A DNA stretch of 64,000 bases from Faecousia sp. (GTDB lineage: Bacteria > Bacillota > Clostridia > Oscillospirales > Oscillospiraceae), in the NCBI GenBank assembly GCA_045599455.1, contig JAZRVX010000131.1, positions 12,186 to 76,185 of the forward strand, in the 5' to 3' direction. Shown piece after piece: positions 56,300 through 64,000 of this stretch. The notes below the pieces were generated by a model. That model was given only the letters and a program-made list of their open reading frames with translations. It was not told the origin of the DNA and ran no database searches. Each line of letters begins with the position of its first letter. Within the stretch, counting starts at the first letter, position 1. The position numbers and the translations under genes were made by a program.

Positions 56300-56303
56300 T
56301 CTC

Positions 56304-56993
56304 TCAGTTCAGTTCATCAGGAAACAGACTCACGATTGCACTTCTGGCCGCATCCTGCTCCGCCCGCTTCTTGCTGCTGCCGGAGCCCTTGCCGACTACC
56401 GTATTATTCAGGACGGTTTCCACCACGAATACCTTCTCATGGTCGGGTCCGGACTGTCCTGCCAATCGATAGCTGAGCGCCTGATCGCGCTTACGCTGAA
56501 CAAGCTCCTGCAGCTTTGTTTTATAATCCACATGGTGAATATGGTCAGCAGGAACCTGAACAAGAATGAATTTCCGAACAAAAGCCTCAGCTGCTTCCAT
56601 TCCGCCATCCAGATAGCAGGCGGCAAGCACTGCCTCAACCGTATCAGCCAGAATGGACTCACGAGTTCTGCCGCCGCCCTGCTCCTCTCCCTTGCCCAGA
56701 AGCAGATGCTTTCCGAAGTTCAGGGAATTGGCAACGCAGGCTAATGTCTTTTCGCAGACCATGTCTGCACGCATGCGCGTGAGTTCTCCCTCGGGTCGAT
56801 TCGGAAACTCTGTATACAAAAAGCGTGCTACCAGCATTCCCAAAACGCTGTCCCCCAAAAACTCTAAACGCTCATAGCTCAGAAGGCTGTTATGCCACTG
56901 CTCGTTGGCATAGGATGAATGCGTCAGTGCAGTCTGAAGAAGCCGAATGTCCCGAAAGTGATAGCCAATGGCATCTTCCAATTCCTTAATCAT
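56304..56993 (-). CDS. rnc: ribonuclease III
   Basis: LQTALTHSSYANE, ERLEFLGDSVL (RNase III signature) and a C-terminal dsRBD (GSGSSKKRAEQDAA). ATG 56993 (MIKELEDAIGY) is preferred. The ORF-track start 57023 overlaps plsX by 38 nt. Confidence 0.93.
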   Translation of the reverse strand: MIKELEDAIGYHFRDIRLLQTALTHSSYANEQWHNSLLSYERLEFLGDSVLGMLVARFLYTEFPNRPEGELTRMRADMVCEKTLACVANSLNFGKHLLLGKGEEQGGGRTRESILADTVEAVLAACYLDGGMEAAEAFVRKFILVQVPADHIHHVDYKTKLQELVQRKRDQALSYRLAGQSGPDHEKVFVVETVLNNTVVGKGSGSSKKRAEQDAARSAIVSLFPDELN

Positions 56994-58020
56994 CGGATTT
57001 TTCTCCCTCGGCAAACTTGGCAAGACAGCTTTCCAGCTCAGCGTTTACATCCTTAGAGGCTGCCTCAGCCGCCTGGCGAATCGCGCTGCGGAAGGCGAGA
57101 ACATCGGAGGAACCGTGAGCCTTAATTACGGGCTTCTTGATACCGACAAACTGGGTGCCGCCAATCTCATGGTAGTCAAGCAGCTTCATCATGTCCTTTA
57201 CGCCGGACTTGCACAGAAGGTAGCCCAGTTTGCTGGCAAGATTCTTCTTAAACATTCTTTTCATCAGGCTGCCCATGAACATAGCCGTGCCCTCAATGGA
57301 TTTCAGCAGGACATTTCCGGAGAAACCGTCACAGACAACCACATCGACTTCACCGAGGGGCACATCTCGGGCTTCCACATTGCCGACAAAGTTGATAAGC
57401 CCGCGCTCAGCAGCGCGCGTTAACAGCACATAGGCATCCTTTTGAAGCTGAGTTCCCTTGATGTCCTCGGTGCCGATGTTCAAAAGGCCAACCTTGGGAT
57501 TGTCCAAGCCAAGTGTCTGCTTGGCATAGGCTGAACCAACCAGGCCAAACTGTAAAAGGAATTCGGCAGAGCAATCGGCATTGGCACCACAGTCACAGAT
57601 AATGGTCTTGCCACCCTTCTTATTGGGAATCGCAGGTGCCATAGCTGCACGGCGGATTCCCTTCACACGCTTGACAAGCAGGGTTGCACCGGTGAGAAGT
57701 GCACCGGTAGAACCGGCAGAGACAAAAGCATCTCCCTGACCGTCTGCAAGCATTTTAAGACCTAACACCATTGAAGAATTCTTACGCTTGTGAATTACAG
57801 TAGCAGGGTCATCGTGCATATCCACAACATCCTCGGCATTGGCAACATCCACGCCCTCAGGCAAATCAGACATGCCATGCGCAACCATGATATTCAAAAT
57901 CTGCTCTGTCTTGCCGACCAGCGTAACTTCAACGCCAAGTTCCTTCGCTGCCTCGAATGCACCGACAACTGCGGCCTCGGGAGCATTGTCACCGCCCATT
58001 GCATCTACAATGATTTTCAT
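56986..58020 (-). CDS. plsX: phosphate acyltransferase PlsX
   Basis: MKIIVDAMGGDNAPEAAV... and VVCDGFSGNVLLKS. ATG 58020 has AGAGGTGG upstream. Confidence 0.93.
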   Translation of the reverse strand: MKIIVDAMGGDNAPEAAVVGAFEAAKELGVEVTLVGKTEQILNIMVAHGMSDLPEGVDVANAEDVVDMHDDPATVIHKRKNSSMVLGLKMLADGQGDAFVSAGSTGALLTGATLLVKRVKGIRRAAMAPAIPNKKGGKTIICDCGANADCSAEFLLQFGLVGSAYAKQTLGLDNPKVGLLNIGTEDIKGTQLQKDAYVLLTRAAERGLINFVGNVEARDVPLGEVDVVVCDGFSGNVLLKSIEGTAMFMGSLMKRMFKKNLASKLGYLLCKSGVKDMMKLLDYHEIGGTQFVGIKKPVIKAHGSSDVLAFRSAIRQAAEAASKDVNAELESCLAKFAEGEKSDD

Positions 58021-58037
58021 AGTGCCACCTCTTTCTG

Positions 58038-59339
58038 TCAAATCCCTGCATCCAGCAGTGACTGAATAACATCCAGTGCACGGTTGGCAATTGCAAGATT
58101 CTTTTCGGCTTTCTTACGAATCCGCTTTTCCAGCGGAGAAATAATACTGAAATTCACATTCATGGGCTGGAAATTCTCAATGCTGCTGTCACTGATGTAA
58201 AGCCCAAGTGCGCCGATTGCCGTCTCACGAGTGAAATCGGGTACCGCATTCCCGGAGAGCCTTGCCGCCATGGCAACCGCCGCAAGGAAACCGGAAGCCG
58301 TGGACTCAACATAGCCCTCAACACCCGTCATCTGACCGGCAAAAGCTACCATGGGATTTCTCCTGTCGGCGTAGAATCTATCCAATAGCTTGGGGCTTTG
58401 CAGAAATGTATTCTGATGCATCACGCCATAGCGTACAAACTCCGCATTGCGAAGGGCGGGAATCATGGAGAAAACACGCTTCTGCTCTCCGAATTTCAGG
58501 TGGGTCTGGAAACCCACCAAATTATATACACTCTTGGCCGCGTTGTCCTGACGCAGCTGCACCACCGCGTAAGGTTCTCTGCCGGTTGCAGGGTCGGTAA
58601 GCCCCACAGGCTTCAGAGGGCCATAGCGCAGAGTATCCAAGCCACGGCGCGCCATGACCTCAACGGGCATACAGCCTTCAAAGACACGCTTATCCTCAAA
58701 CCCATGTACCTCTGCCTCCTCGGCAGAAATCAGCTCTTTTACAAATGCTTCATACTGCGCCTTGTCCATTGCGCAGTTCACATAGTCCGGCGTACCCCGG
58801 TCATAGCGGGACTGCCACCACGCCAAGTCCATGTCTACGGATTCCGCTGTGACAAGGGGTGCCGCAGCATCAAAGAAATGCAGATAATCAGAGCCGAAAT
58901 ACTCCCCGATTGCCTTGGAAAAATCATCGGAGGTCAGAGGGCCGGTTGCAATGATAACAGGTCCCTCAGGGACTTCGGTGACTTCCTGTGCAATGACATG
59001 AATATGAGGGTGATTACGAATCTTCTGTGTAACCGCCGCGGAAAAGCCCTGACGGTCAACTGCTAAGCATCCGCCCGCTTCCACACGAGTTGCTTCGGCG
59101 CAGGACAGAATCAGGCTGCCGCATCTGCGAAGCTCCTCTTTCAACAAGCCCACGGCGTTTTCCAGTCTGTCTCCGCGCAGAGAATTGGAGCAGACAAGCT
59201 CCGCAAAATCCGTGCTGTGATGGGCGGGAGTCATTTTGTTCGGCTTCATCTCGTACAAATCTACATCAAAGCCGCGCTGCGCAAGCTGCCACGCCGCTTC
59301 ACAGCCGGCAAGACCTGCGCCAATCACTTTCACAGTCAT
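58038..59339 (-). CDS. trmFO: methylenetetrahydrofolate--tRNA-(uracil54-C5)-methyltransferase TrmFO
   Basis: MTVKVIGAGLAGCEAAWQLAQRG...CSNSLR...FAGQMTGVEGYVES. ATGA overlap with topA. Confidence 0.93.
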   Translation of the reverse strand: MTVKVIGAGLAGCEAAWQLAQRGFDVDLYEMKPNKMTPAHHSTDFAELVCSNSLRGDRLENAVGLLKEELRRCGSLILSCAEATRVEAGGCLAVDRQGFSAAVTQKIRNHPHIHVIAQEVTEVPEGPVIIATGPLTSDDFSKAIGEYFGSDYLHFFDAAAPLVTAESVDMDLAWWQSRYDRGTPDYVNCAMDKAQYEAFVKELISAEEAEVHGFEDKRVFEGCMPVEVMARRGLDTLRYGPLKPVGLTDPATGREPYAVVQLRQDNAAKSVYNLVGFQTHLKFGEQKRVFSMIPALRNAEFVRYGVMHQNTFLQSPKLLDRFYADRRNPMVAFAGQMTGVEGYVESTASGFLAAVAMAARLSGNAVPDFTRETAIGALGLYISDSSIENFQPMNVNFSIISPLEKRIRKKAEKNLAIANRALDVIQSLLDAGI

Positions 59340-61624
59340 TTCTTTGTCTCCGATTTCTTTTTTTCAGAAGCAGTTTTCTTAGCCGCAGACTTCTTGGTGG
59401 CTGTCTTTTTCGCTGCGGTCTTTTTCACTGTGGTCTTCTTTGCGGTAGTCTTCTTTTCCGCCGGCTTTTCCTCGGGAGTTTCGGAAGAAGGTTCCCCTGC
59501 CGTGCCGTCGGTCTTCTTTTTATAATAGCCGCGCTGCTCCTCAGGCAGGAATCTTGCGCAGGCTTCATTCACGCAGAAAGGCTTCATGCGTCCCTTACCG
59601 GAGCGCTTAAAGAGGGTCTGTCCGCACTCGGGGCAGTCCTCAGCAGTGGGAACATCCCAGGTCATGAAACCACACTGTGTGCCGGTTTCACAGGCATAGA
59701 ATGCGTAGCCGCGTTTGGACTTCCGCTTGAGCATCCCGGCACCGCACTTCGGGCACCGTCCCGGCATACGCTCCACCAAGGGCTTCGTATTGCGGCACTC
59801 CGGAAAGCCCGGGCAGGCAAGGAATTTTCCGAATCTGCCGACCTTTACAACCATTTTGCGGCCGCAGAGCTCACAAACCTCGTCAGTTTCCTCCTCGGGA
59901 ACCTTCAGGTGTACGCCCTCCAATGCCTCCTCCGCCTGTTTGAGCTCCTGTTCAAAATCCGTGTAGAACTCTTTCAGCAGCTCTTTCCAATTCTGGCGCC
60001 CAGCTTCCACATCATCCAAGCGATTTTCCATATTGGCGGTAAATTCCACATCGATGATATCCCGAAAGCGCTCCATCATAAGGCCGGTCACGACCTCCCC
60101 CAGTCCCGTGGGCACAAGGTGTTTATCCTCCTTGAGGACATACTCCCGGTCTTCGATTGTGGAAATCGTGGCAGCATAGGTAGAAGGACGGCCAACACCC
60201 TTTTCTTCCATGGCTTTGACAAGGGATGCTTCGGTATAGCGCGCAGGAGGCTGTGTAAAGTGCTGAGCCTTATCAATGCCGCCAATGGTGGCCTGCTCCC
60301 CTGTACGAAGCTCCGGCAGTGCAGAGCCTACACTCTCTGCTTCATCATCCCTGCCCTCCTCGTATACGACGGTAAAGCCCGCAAAACGGAGGCTCTGGTG
60401 GGAAGATCGGAAGCAGTGGCCTGCGCACTCGGTGTCAATGGAAACCGTGTCATAGACGGCATTTGCCATCTGGCTGGCAAGAAAGCGGCTCCAGATAAGC
60501 TTATACAGGCGGTACTGGTCGCTTGTTAAGCTGGCCTTAATCCGCTCAGGGTCAAATTCTGCATGAGATGGCCGAATTGCCTCGTGGGCATCCTGCGCAT
60601 TTGCCTTGGTCTTATACACACGGAAGCTGCCGTAGTAATAGTCTTTACCATAGCGGGAAGTAATGAGCTTAGCAGCGTCCGCCATTGCCTCATCGGAAAG
60701 GCGCAGAGAGTCGGTACGCATATAAGTAATCAAGCCCGTGGTGCCCTCTCCTGCAATGTCCACGCCCTCATAAAGCTGCTGCGCAATCATCATAGTACGC
60801 TTGGGGGTCATGTTCAGCTTGCGGGAAGCCTCCTGCTGCAATGTGGAAGTGGTAAAAGGAGGTGCAGGAGAACGCTTTTTATCCGCTTTCTTCACATTGG
60901 TGACGGTAAAGTTCTTGCCCGTAATATCGGCAATCACTGCATTTACCTCTGCCTCGGAAGTAAGCTCGCGCTTCTTCTCCTCACCATAGTAGTGGGCAAG
61001 GAAGCTGCCCGCTCCTGCAAGTCTGTTGAGCTTAACATCCAAAGACCAATACTCCTTGGGGACAAATGCGCGGATTTCATTCTCTCTGTCCACAACCATA
61101 CGGGTAGCAACAGACTGCACACGACCCGCGGACAAGCCACGGCGTACCTTCTTCCAAAGCAAGGGAGAAAGCTGATAGCCCACAATTCGGTCAAGGATTC
61201 TTCTTGCCTGCTGTGCATCCACCAAATCATAGTCAATGCTGCGGGGCTTCCGTATTGATTCCCGAACCACTCGCTGGGTGATTTCATTGAAGGTAACACG
61301 ATAGGCTTTATCGGAAGGAAGATTCAGAAGTTCCTTCAAATGCCAAGAAATGGCCTCGCCCTCTCGGTCAGGGTCCGTTGCCAGATACACGGCATCGGCG
61401 TTTTTAGCCGCTGTCTTCAATTCTTTAATCAGGTCTTCTTTTCCCCGAACATTTTGATAATCCGGTGTAAAATCATTCTCCAAATCTACACCCATTTTGC
61501 TCTTGGGCAAATCGCGAAGATGGCCCATACTGGCTTTCACCAGATAGTCCGGTCCAAGGTACTTGCCAATGGTTTTCGCCTTAGACGGAGACTCCACTAT
61601 CACAAGATTACTTGCTTTGCTCAT
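59336..61624 (-). CDS. topA: DNA topoisomerase I with C-terminal zinc ribbons and Lys-rich tail
   Basis: LVIVESPSKAKTIGKYLG (Toprim), ITYMRTDS (active-site Tyr), three Cys4 ribbons (CELCGRKM..CPGFPEC, CPKCG..C, CPECG..C), and the tail KKTTAKKTTVKKTAAKKTATKKSAAKKTASEKKK. Confidence 0.95.
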   Translation of the reverse strand: MSKASNLVIVESPSKAKTIGKYLGPDYLVKASMGHLRDLPKSKMGVDLENDFTPDYQNVRGKEDLIKELKTAAKNADAVYLATDPDREGEAISWHLKELLNLPSDKAYRVTFNEITQRVVRESIRKPRSIDYDLVDAQQARRILDRIVGYQLSPLLWKKVRRGLSAGRVQSVATRMVVDRENEIRAFVPKEYWSLDVKLNRLAGAGSFLAHYYGEEKKRELTSEAEVNAVIADITGKNFTVTNVKKADKKRSPAPPFTTSTLQQEASRKLNMTPKRTMMIAQQLYEGVDIAGEGTTGLITYMRTDSLRLSDEAMADAAKLITSRYGKDYYYGSFRVYKTKANAQDAHEAIRPSHAEFDPERIKASLTSDQYRLYKLIWSRFLASQMANAVYDTVSIDTECAGHCFRSSHQSLRFAGFTVVYEEGRDDEAESVGSALPELRTGEQATIGGIDKAQHFTQPPARYTEASLVKAMEEKGVGRPSTYAATISTIEDREYVLKEDKHLVPTGLGEVVTGLMMERFRDIIDVEFTANMENRLDDVEAGRQNWKELLKEFYTDFEQELKQAEEALEGVHLKVPEEETDEVCELCGRKMVVKVGRFGKFLACPGFPECRNTKPLVERMPGRCPKCGAGMLKRKSKRGYAFYACETGTQCGFMTWDVPTAEDCPECGQTLFKRSGKGRMKPFCVNEACARFLPEEQRGYYKKKTDGTAGEPSSETPEEKPAEKKTTAKKTTVKKTAAKKTATKKSAAKKTASEKKKSETKK

Positions 61625-61644
61625 GAAATACTCCTAATTTTCGT

Positions 61645-62862
61645 TTATTCTTTACGCTTCAAGCTAATCTGTCTGCCGGGCAGGCGGGTGATAACACCCT
61701 TAATCTCCAGCATGGTAAGCAGGGCGAGCATTTTCGCCGTACTTATCCCGGTAGACTCGATGATTTCATCCACAGTAAGCGGACCTGTTTGCAGGGACTC
61801 GGCAATCTTCTGTTCATCCAGAGAAAGCTTTTTCCCTAAGTCCGCAGGGTCAATATAAGCTGTAGGACTTGGCTTGTCAATGATTTTTTTGACCGGCGCT
61901 TTCTCGGGTGCCGCCTTTACGGTCTTCCCACAATCCGATTTTGGGACTTCCGGTTCGGATGCCGGGTTACTGTGAGAAAGAGCCTGAGACAGTTTATCCG
62001 CATACAAATATTCATATTCACTCAGAATGTCCCAACCGCAGCCCACAGGGATGGCACCGTCGCGCAGGAGACGGTTGCTGCCTACAAACCCAGGCATATC
62101 CACATTCCCTGGAACAACAAAAACATCCCTGCCCTGCTCTTGTGCATACTTTGCGGTAATGAGGGAGCCACTGCGCTCCGGCCCTTCAATCACCACCGTG
62201 CCGCAGGAAAGGCCGCTGATAATGCGGTTTCTTCTTGGGAAGTTCTGCTTCTCTACGCCGCTATGGGGTGGGTATTCACTGAGGATACAGCCCTGACGAA
62301 TGGTCTGCTCATAAATCTTGTAGCTGCTTCTGGGATAGCACACATCCGCCCCGGTTCCCAGGACGCCAATAACACTTTTTCCGGCCAGCAACGCACCATC
62401 CATCGCAGCGGAGTCAACGCCCAGCGCCATGCCGGACACCACAATACCGCCACCGCTTGCCACCTGATAACCCAGCTTCTTAGCAATCGTCAGTCCATAG
62501 GCAGATGGCTTCCGTGTGCCCACAAGGGCAACCGTGACTTCCTCGTCAACTTTAGGAAATTGACCGATGCAATACAGGACATAGGGCGGATTGGGAATGT
62601 TTCTGAGCTTATTGGGATACTCTTTATCCTCATAGGTCAGGACGGCAATATGAGAATGGTCACACTCTTCCTGAATTGCCTGGGCTGACGCAAGGGACTT
62701 TTCCGATAAAATACGCAGTGCCTTGGCATCCATGGAAGGAGTGTGCAGAGCAAAAACAGACTCTTTATAGACAGCCTCAGCCGTTTTATAGGCTTCAATC
62801 AGCTCGTTCTTCAGTTTATCGCTGATTTTCAGTTCCGCAAACCATATCCAATGGACTTCCAT
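61645..62862 (-). CDS. dprA: DNA-processing protein DprA (Smf)
   Basis: VALVGTRKPSAYG, VVSGMALGVDSAAM, NFPRRNRIISGLS, and a C-terminal winged-helix (LLTMLEIKGVITRLPG). ATG 62862 has AGAGGA upstream. Confidence 0.88.
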   Translation of the reverse strand: MEVHWIWFAELKISDKLKNELIEAYKTAEAVYKESVFALHTPSMDAKALRILSEKSLASAQAIQEECDHSHIAVLTYEDKEYPNKLRNIPNPPYVLYCIGQFPKVDEEVTVALVGTRKPSAYGLTIAKKLGYQVASGGGIVVSGMALGVDSAAMDGALLAGKSVIGVLGTGADVCYPRSSYKIYEQTIRQGCILSEYPPHSGVEKQNFPRRNRIISGLSCGTVVIEGPERSGSLITAKYAQEQGRDVFVVPGNVDMPGFVGSNRLLRDGAIPVGCGWDILSEYEYLYADKLSQALSHSNPASEPEVPKSDCGKTVKAAPEKAPVKKIIDKPSPTAYIDPADLGKKLSLDEQKIAESLQTGPLTVDEIIESTGISTAKMLALLTMLEIKGVITRLPGRQISLKRKE

Positions 62863-62878
62863 GGTACATCCTCTTTCT

Positions 62879-63628
62879 TTATACCTTTCCCATCTGCCAC
62901 ATAACAATGGATGCAGCCACCGCCGCATTCAGGGACTCACAATGGGGATTCATAGGGATAATCAAGGTCTTATCCGCATTTTCTAAAATCTCACTGCGAA
63001 CGCCCTGTCCTTCACTTCCGATAACAACCGCCATATCCGAAACCTGTGCCGTGCGAATGTCTACAGCATCGGAACGCAGTGCCGTCACTGCAACCGGGAT
63101 TTTGGCAGACTGAAACTCGATGCGGATGCTTGCCCAGTCGGAAGTATACACCGGTATGCGCAGCACTGCCCCCATAGAGGCTCTGACGACCTTGTGACTA
63201 TAAGGGTCGGCACACCCCTCCAACAGGCACACCGGCACATTCATTGCATCCGCCGTGCGAAGAATGGTACCCACATTCCCCGGATCCTGAATGCCGTCCA
63301 GCAGCAAGCATCCGGGCTGGGGAGAAAATGTTTGCATCTGAGGCAGTTTACAAATAAAGACCGCCCCCTGCGGCGCTGCCATGGGAGAAATGTACTCCAT
63401 CACATCCGCGGGAACACGCACAAGGTGAACCGAATCCGGGATATCCATTTGAACGCCATCGCTTAAAATCACCGTGTCCAGTCCGGGATAAAATCGAATA
63501 GCCTCAGCCAGCAATTTGGTGCCGTCGGCCGCAAACAGCCCCGTTTCCACCCGATAGGAGCGGGATGCAAAAAGCTTTTTAACATGCTGAATCAGCGGAT
63601 TTTTACGGGAAGTAATTCTCTGCTCCAT
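62879..63628 (-). CDS. TrmH/SpoU-family RNA 2'-O-methyltransferase
   Basis: GIQDPGNVGTILRTADA, VVIGSEGQGV and IPMNPHCESLNAAVAASI are SPOUT motifs 1-3. Confidence 0.85.
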   Translation of the reverse strand: MEQRITSRKNPLIQHVKKLFASRSYRVETGLFAADGTKLLAEAIRFYPGLDTVILSDGVQMDIPDSVHLVRVPADVMEYISPMAAPQGAVFICKLPQMQTFSPQPGCLLLDGIQDPGNVGTILRTADAMNVPVCLLEGCADPYSHKVVRASMGAVLRIPVYTSDWASIRIEFQSAKIPVAVTALRSDAVDIRTAQVSDMAVVIGSEGQGVRSEILENADKTLIIPMNPHCESLNAAVAASIVMWQMGKV

Positions 63629-64000
63629 TACAGCTTCTGCACCGCCTTCAAATCCTTCTTATTACCGAGGACGATGAGAACATCGCCTTTTTTCATAACA
63701 AAGTCCCCATCGGGAGCAACAATCATCTTATCCTGCGAGTCAACAGCAATAACATTCAGGCCGTGCTGACTGCGAAGGTGCAGCTCCTTAAAGCTGGTAT
63801 TCTGCCACAGAGCGGGCACAGGAACCTCTACAATGCTGTATTCATCGGAAAGCTCGATGAACTCAAGGACATTATGGGAGCTCAAACCTCTGGCAAGACG
63901 CACAGCCTGCTCCTGCTCGGGGATAATCACCCGGTTTACACCCAGTTTATCCAGAACACGGCGGTGCATTTCATCGTGCGCCTTGGCCACAACATAGGGC
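63628..64000 (-). CDS. TrkA/KtrA-type potassium uptake regulator, C-terminal part (5' end off window)
   Basis: The frame is open to the window edge. VLDKLGVNRVIIPEQEQAVRLA, then the RCK_C segment EVPVPALWQNTSFKELHLRSQHGLNVIAV...GDVLIVLG. TAATG overlap with the methyltransferase start. Confidence 0.8.
   Translation of the reverse strand, partial: PYVVAKAHDEMHRRVLDKLGVNRVIIPEQEQAVRLARGLSSHNVLEFIELSDEYSIVEVPVPALWQNTSFKELHLRSQHGLNVIAVDSQDKMIVAPDGDFVMKKGDVLIVLGNKKDLKAVQKL

Noticed and set aside
56223-56744. 173-aa plus-strand ORF, plus the short ORF at 55925-56119.
   Set aside because: The first overlaps rnc on the opposite strand and begins inside the repeat/hairpin region. Neither has an RBS or recognisable motifs.

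Overview
This is a 64-kb chromosomal segment from a Firmicute, most likely a Clostridia-class anaerobe. Supporting markers are Prp-processed L27, the YqeG/YhbY/NadD/YqeK/RsfS block, a PPi-dependent PFK, TrmFO and GW/YYF cell-wall-binding repeats. From 3.4 kb onward almost every gene is on the minus strand. Housekeeping content: prfC (partial); divergent fba and pfp; an SbcCD-like ATPase/nuclease pair plus ymdB; an AraC regulator; rplU-prp-rpmA-obg; three tRNAs (Val-GAC, CAU, Trp-CCA); pepP-efp; rpsU; smc-ftsY-rdgB-yhbY-nadD::yqeK-rsfS-leuS; dprA-topA-trmFO-plsX-rnc; a TrmH-family methyltransferase; and a partial trkA/ktrA. There are two accessory blocks. (i) 14.7-23.0 kb is a tightly coupled 7-gene operon bracketed by tRNA genes. 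It joins a PilZ-bearing BcsA-like GT2 synthase and an MBOAT/DHHW O-acetylation pair to a CotH kinase / DUF4956 / VTC (polyphosphate-polymerase-like) trio. This is my best candidate for an undescribed system. (ii) 37.2-56.3 kb is a ~19-kb Wzx/Wzy-type polysaccharide island sitting between rnc and smc. It carries UDP-L-FucNAc genes, 7 glycosyltransferases plus an initiating sugar transferase, a flippase, a polymerase, a deacetylase and a NahK-like kinase. It ends in a gene broken at two homopolymer tracts and is bordered by a hairpin-dense repeat region. I saw no CRISPR, rRNA, transposase, integrase or prophage genes. All calls come from reading the sequence and ORF translations; no searches were run.
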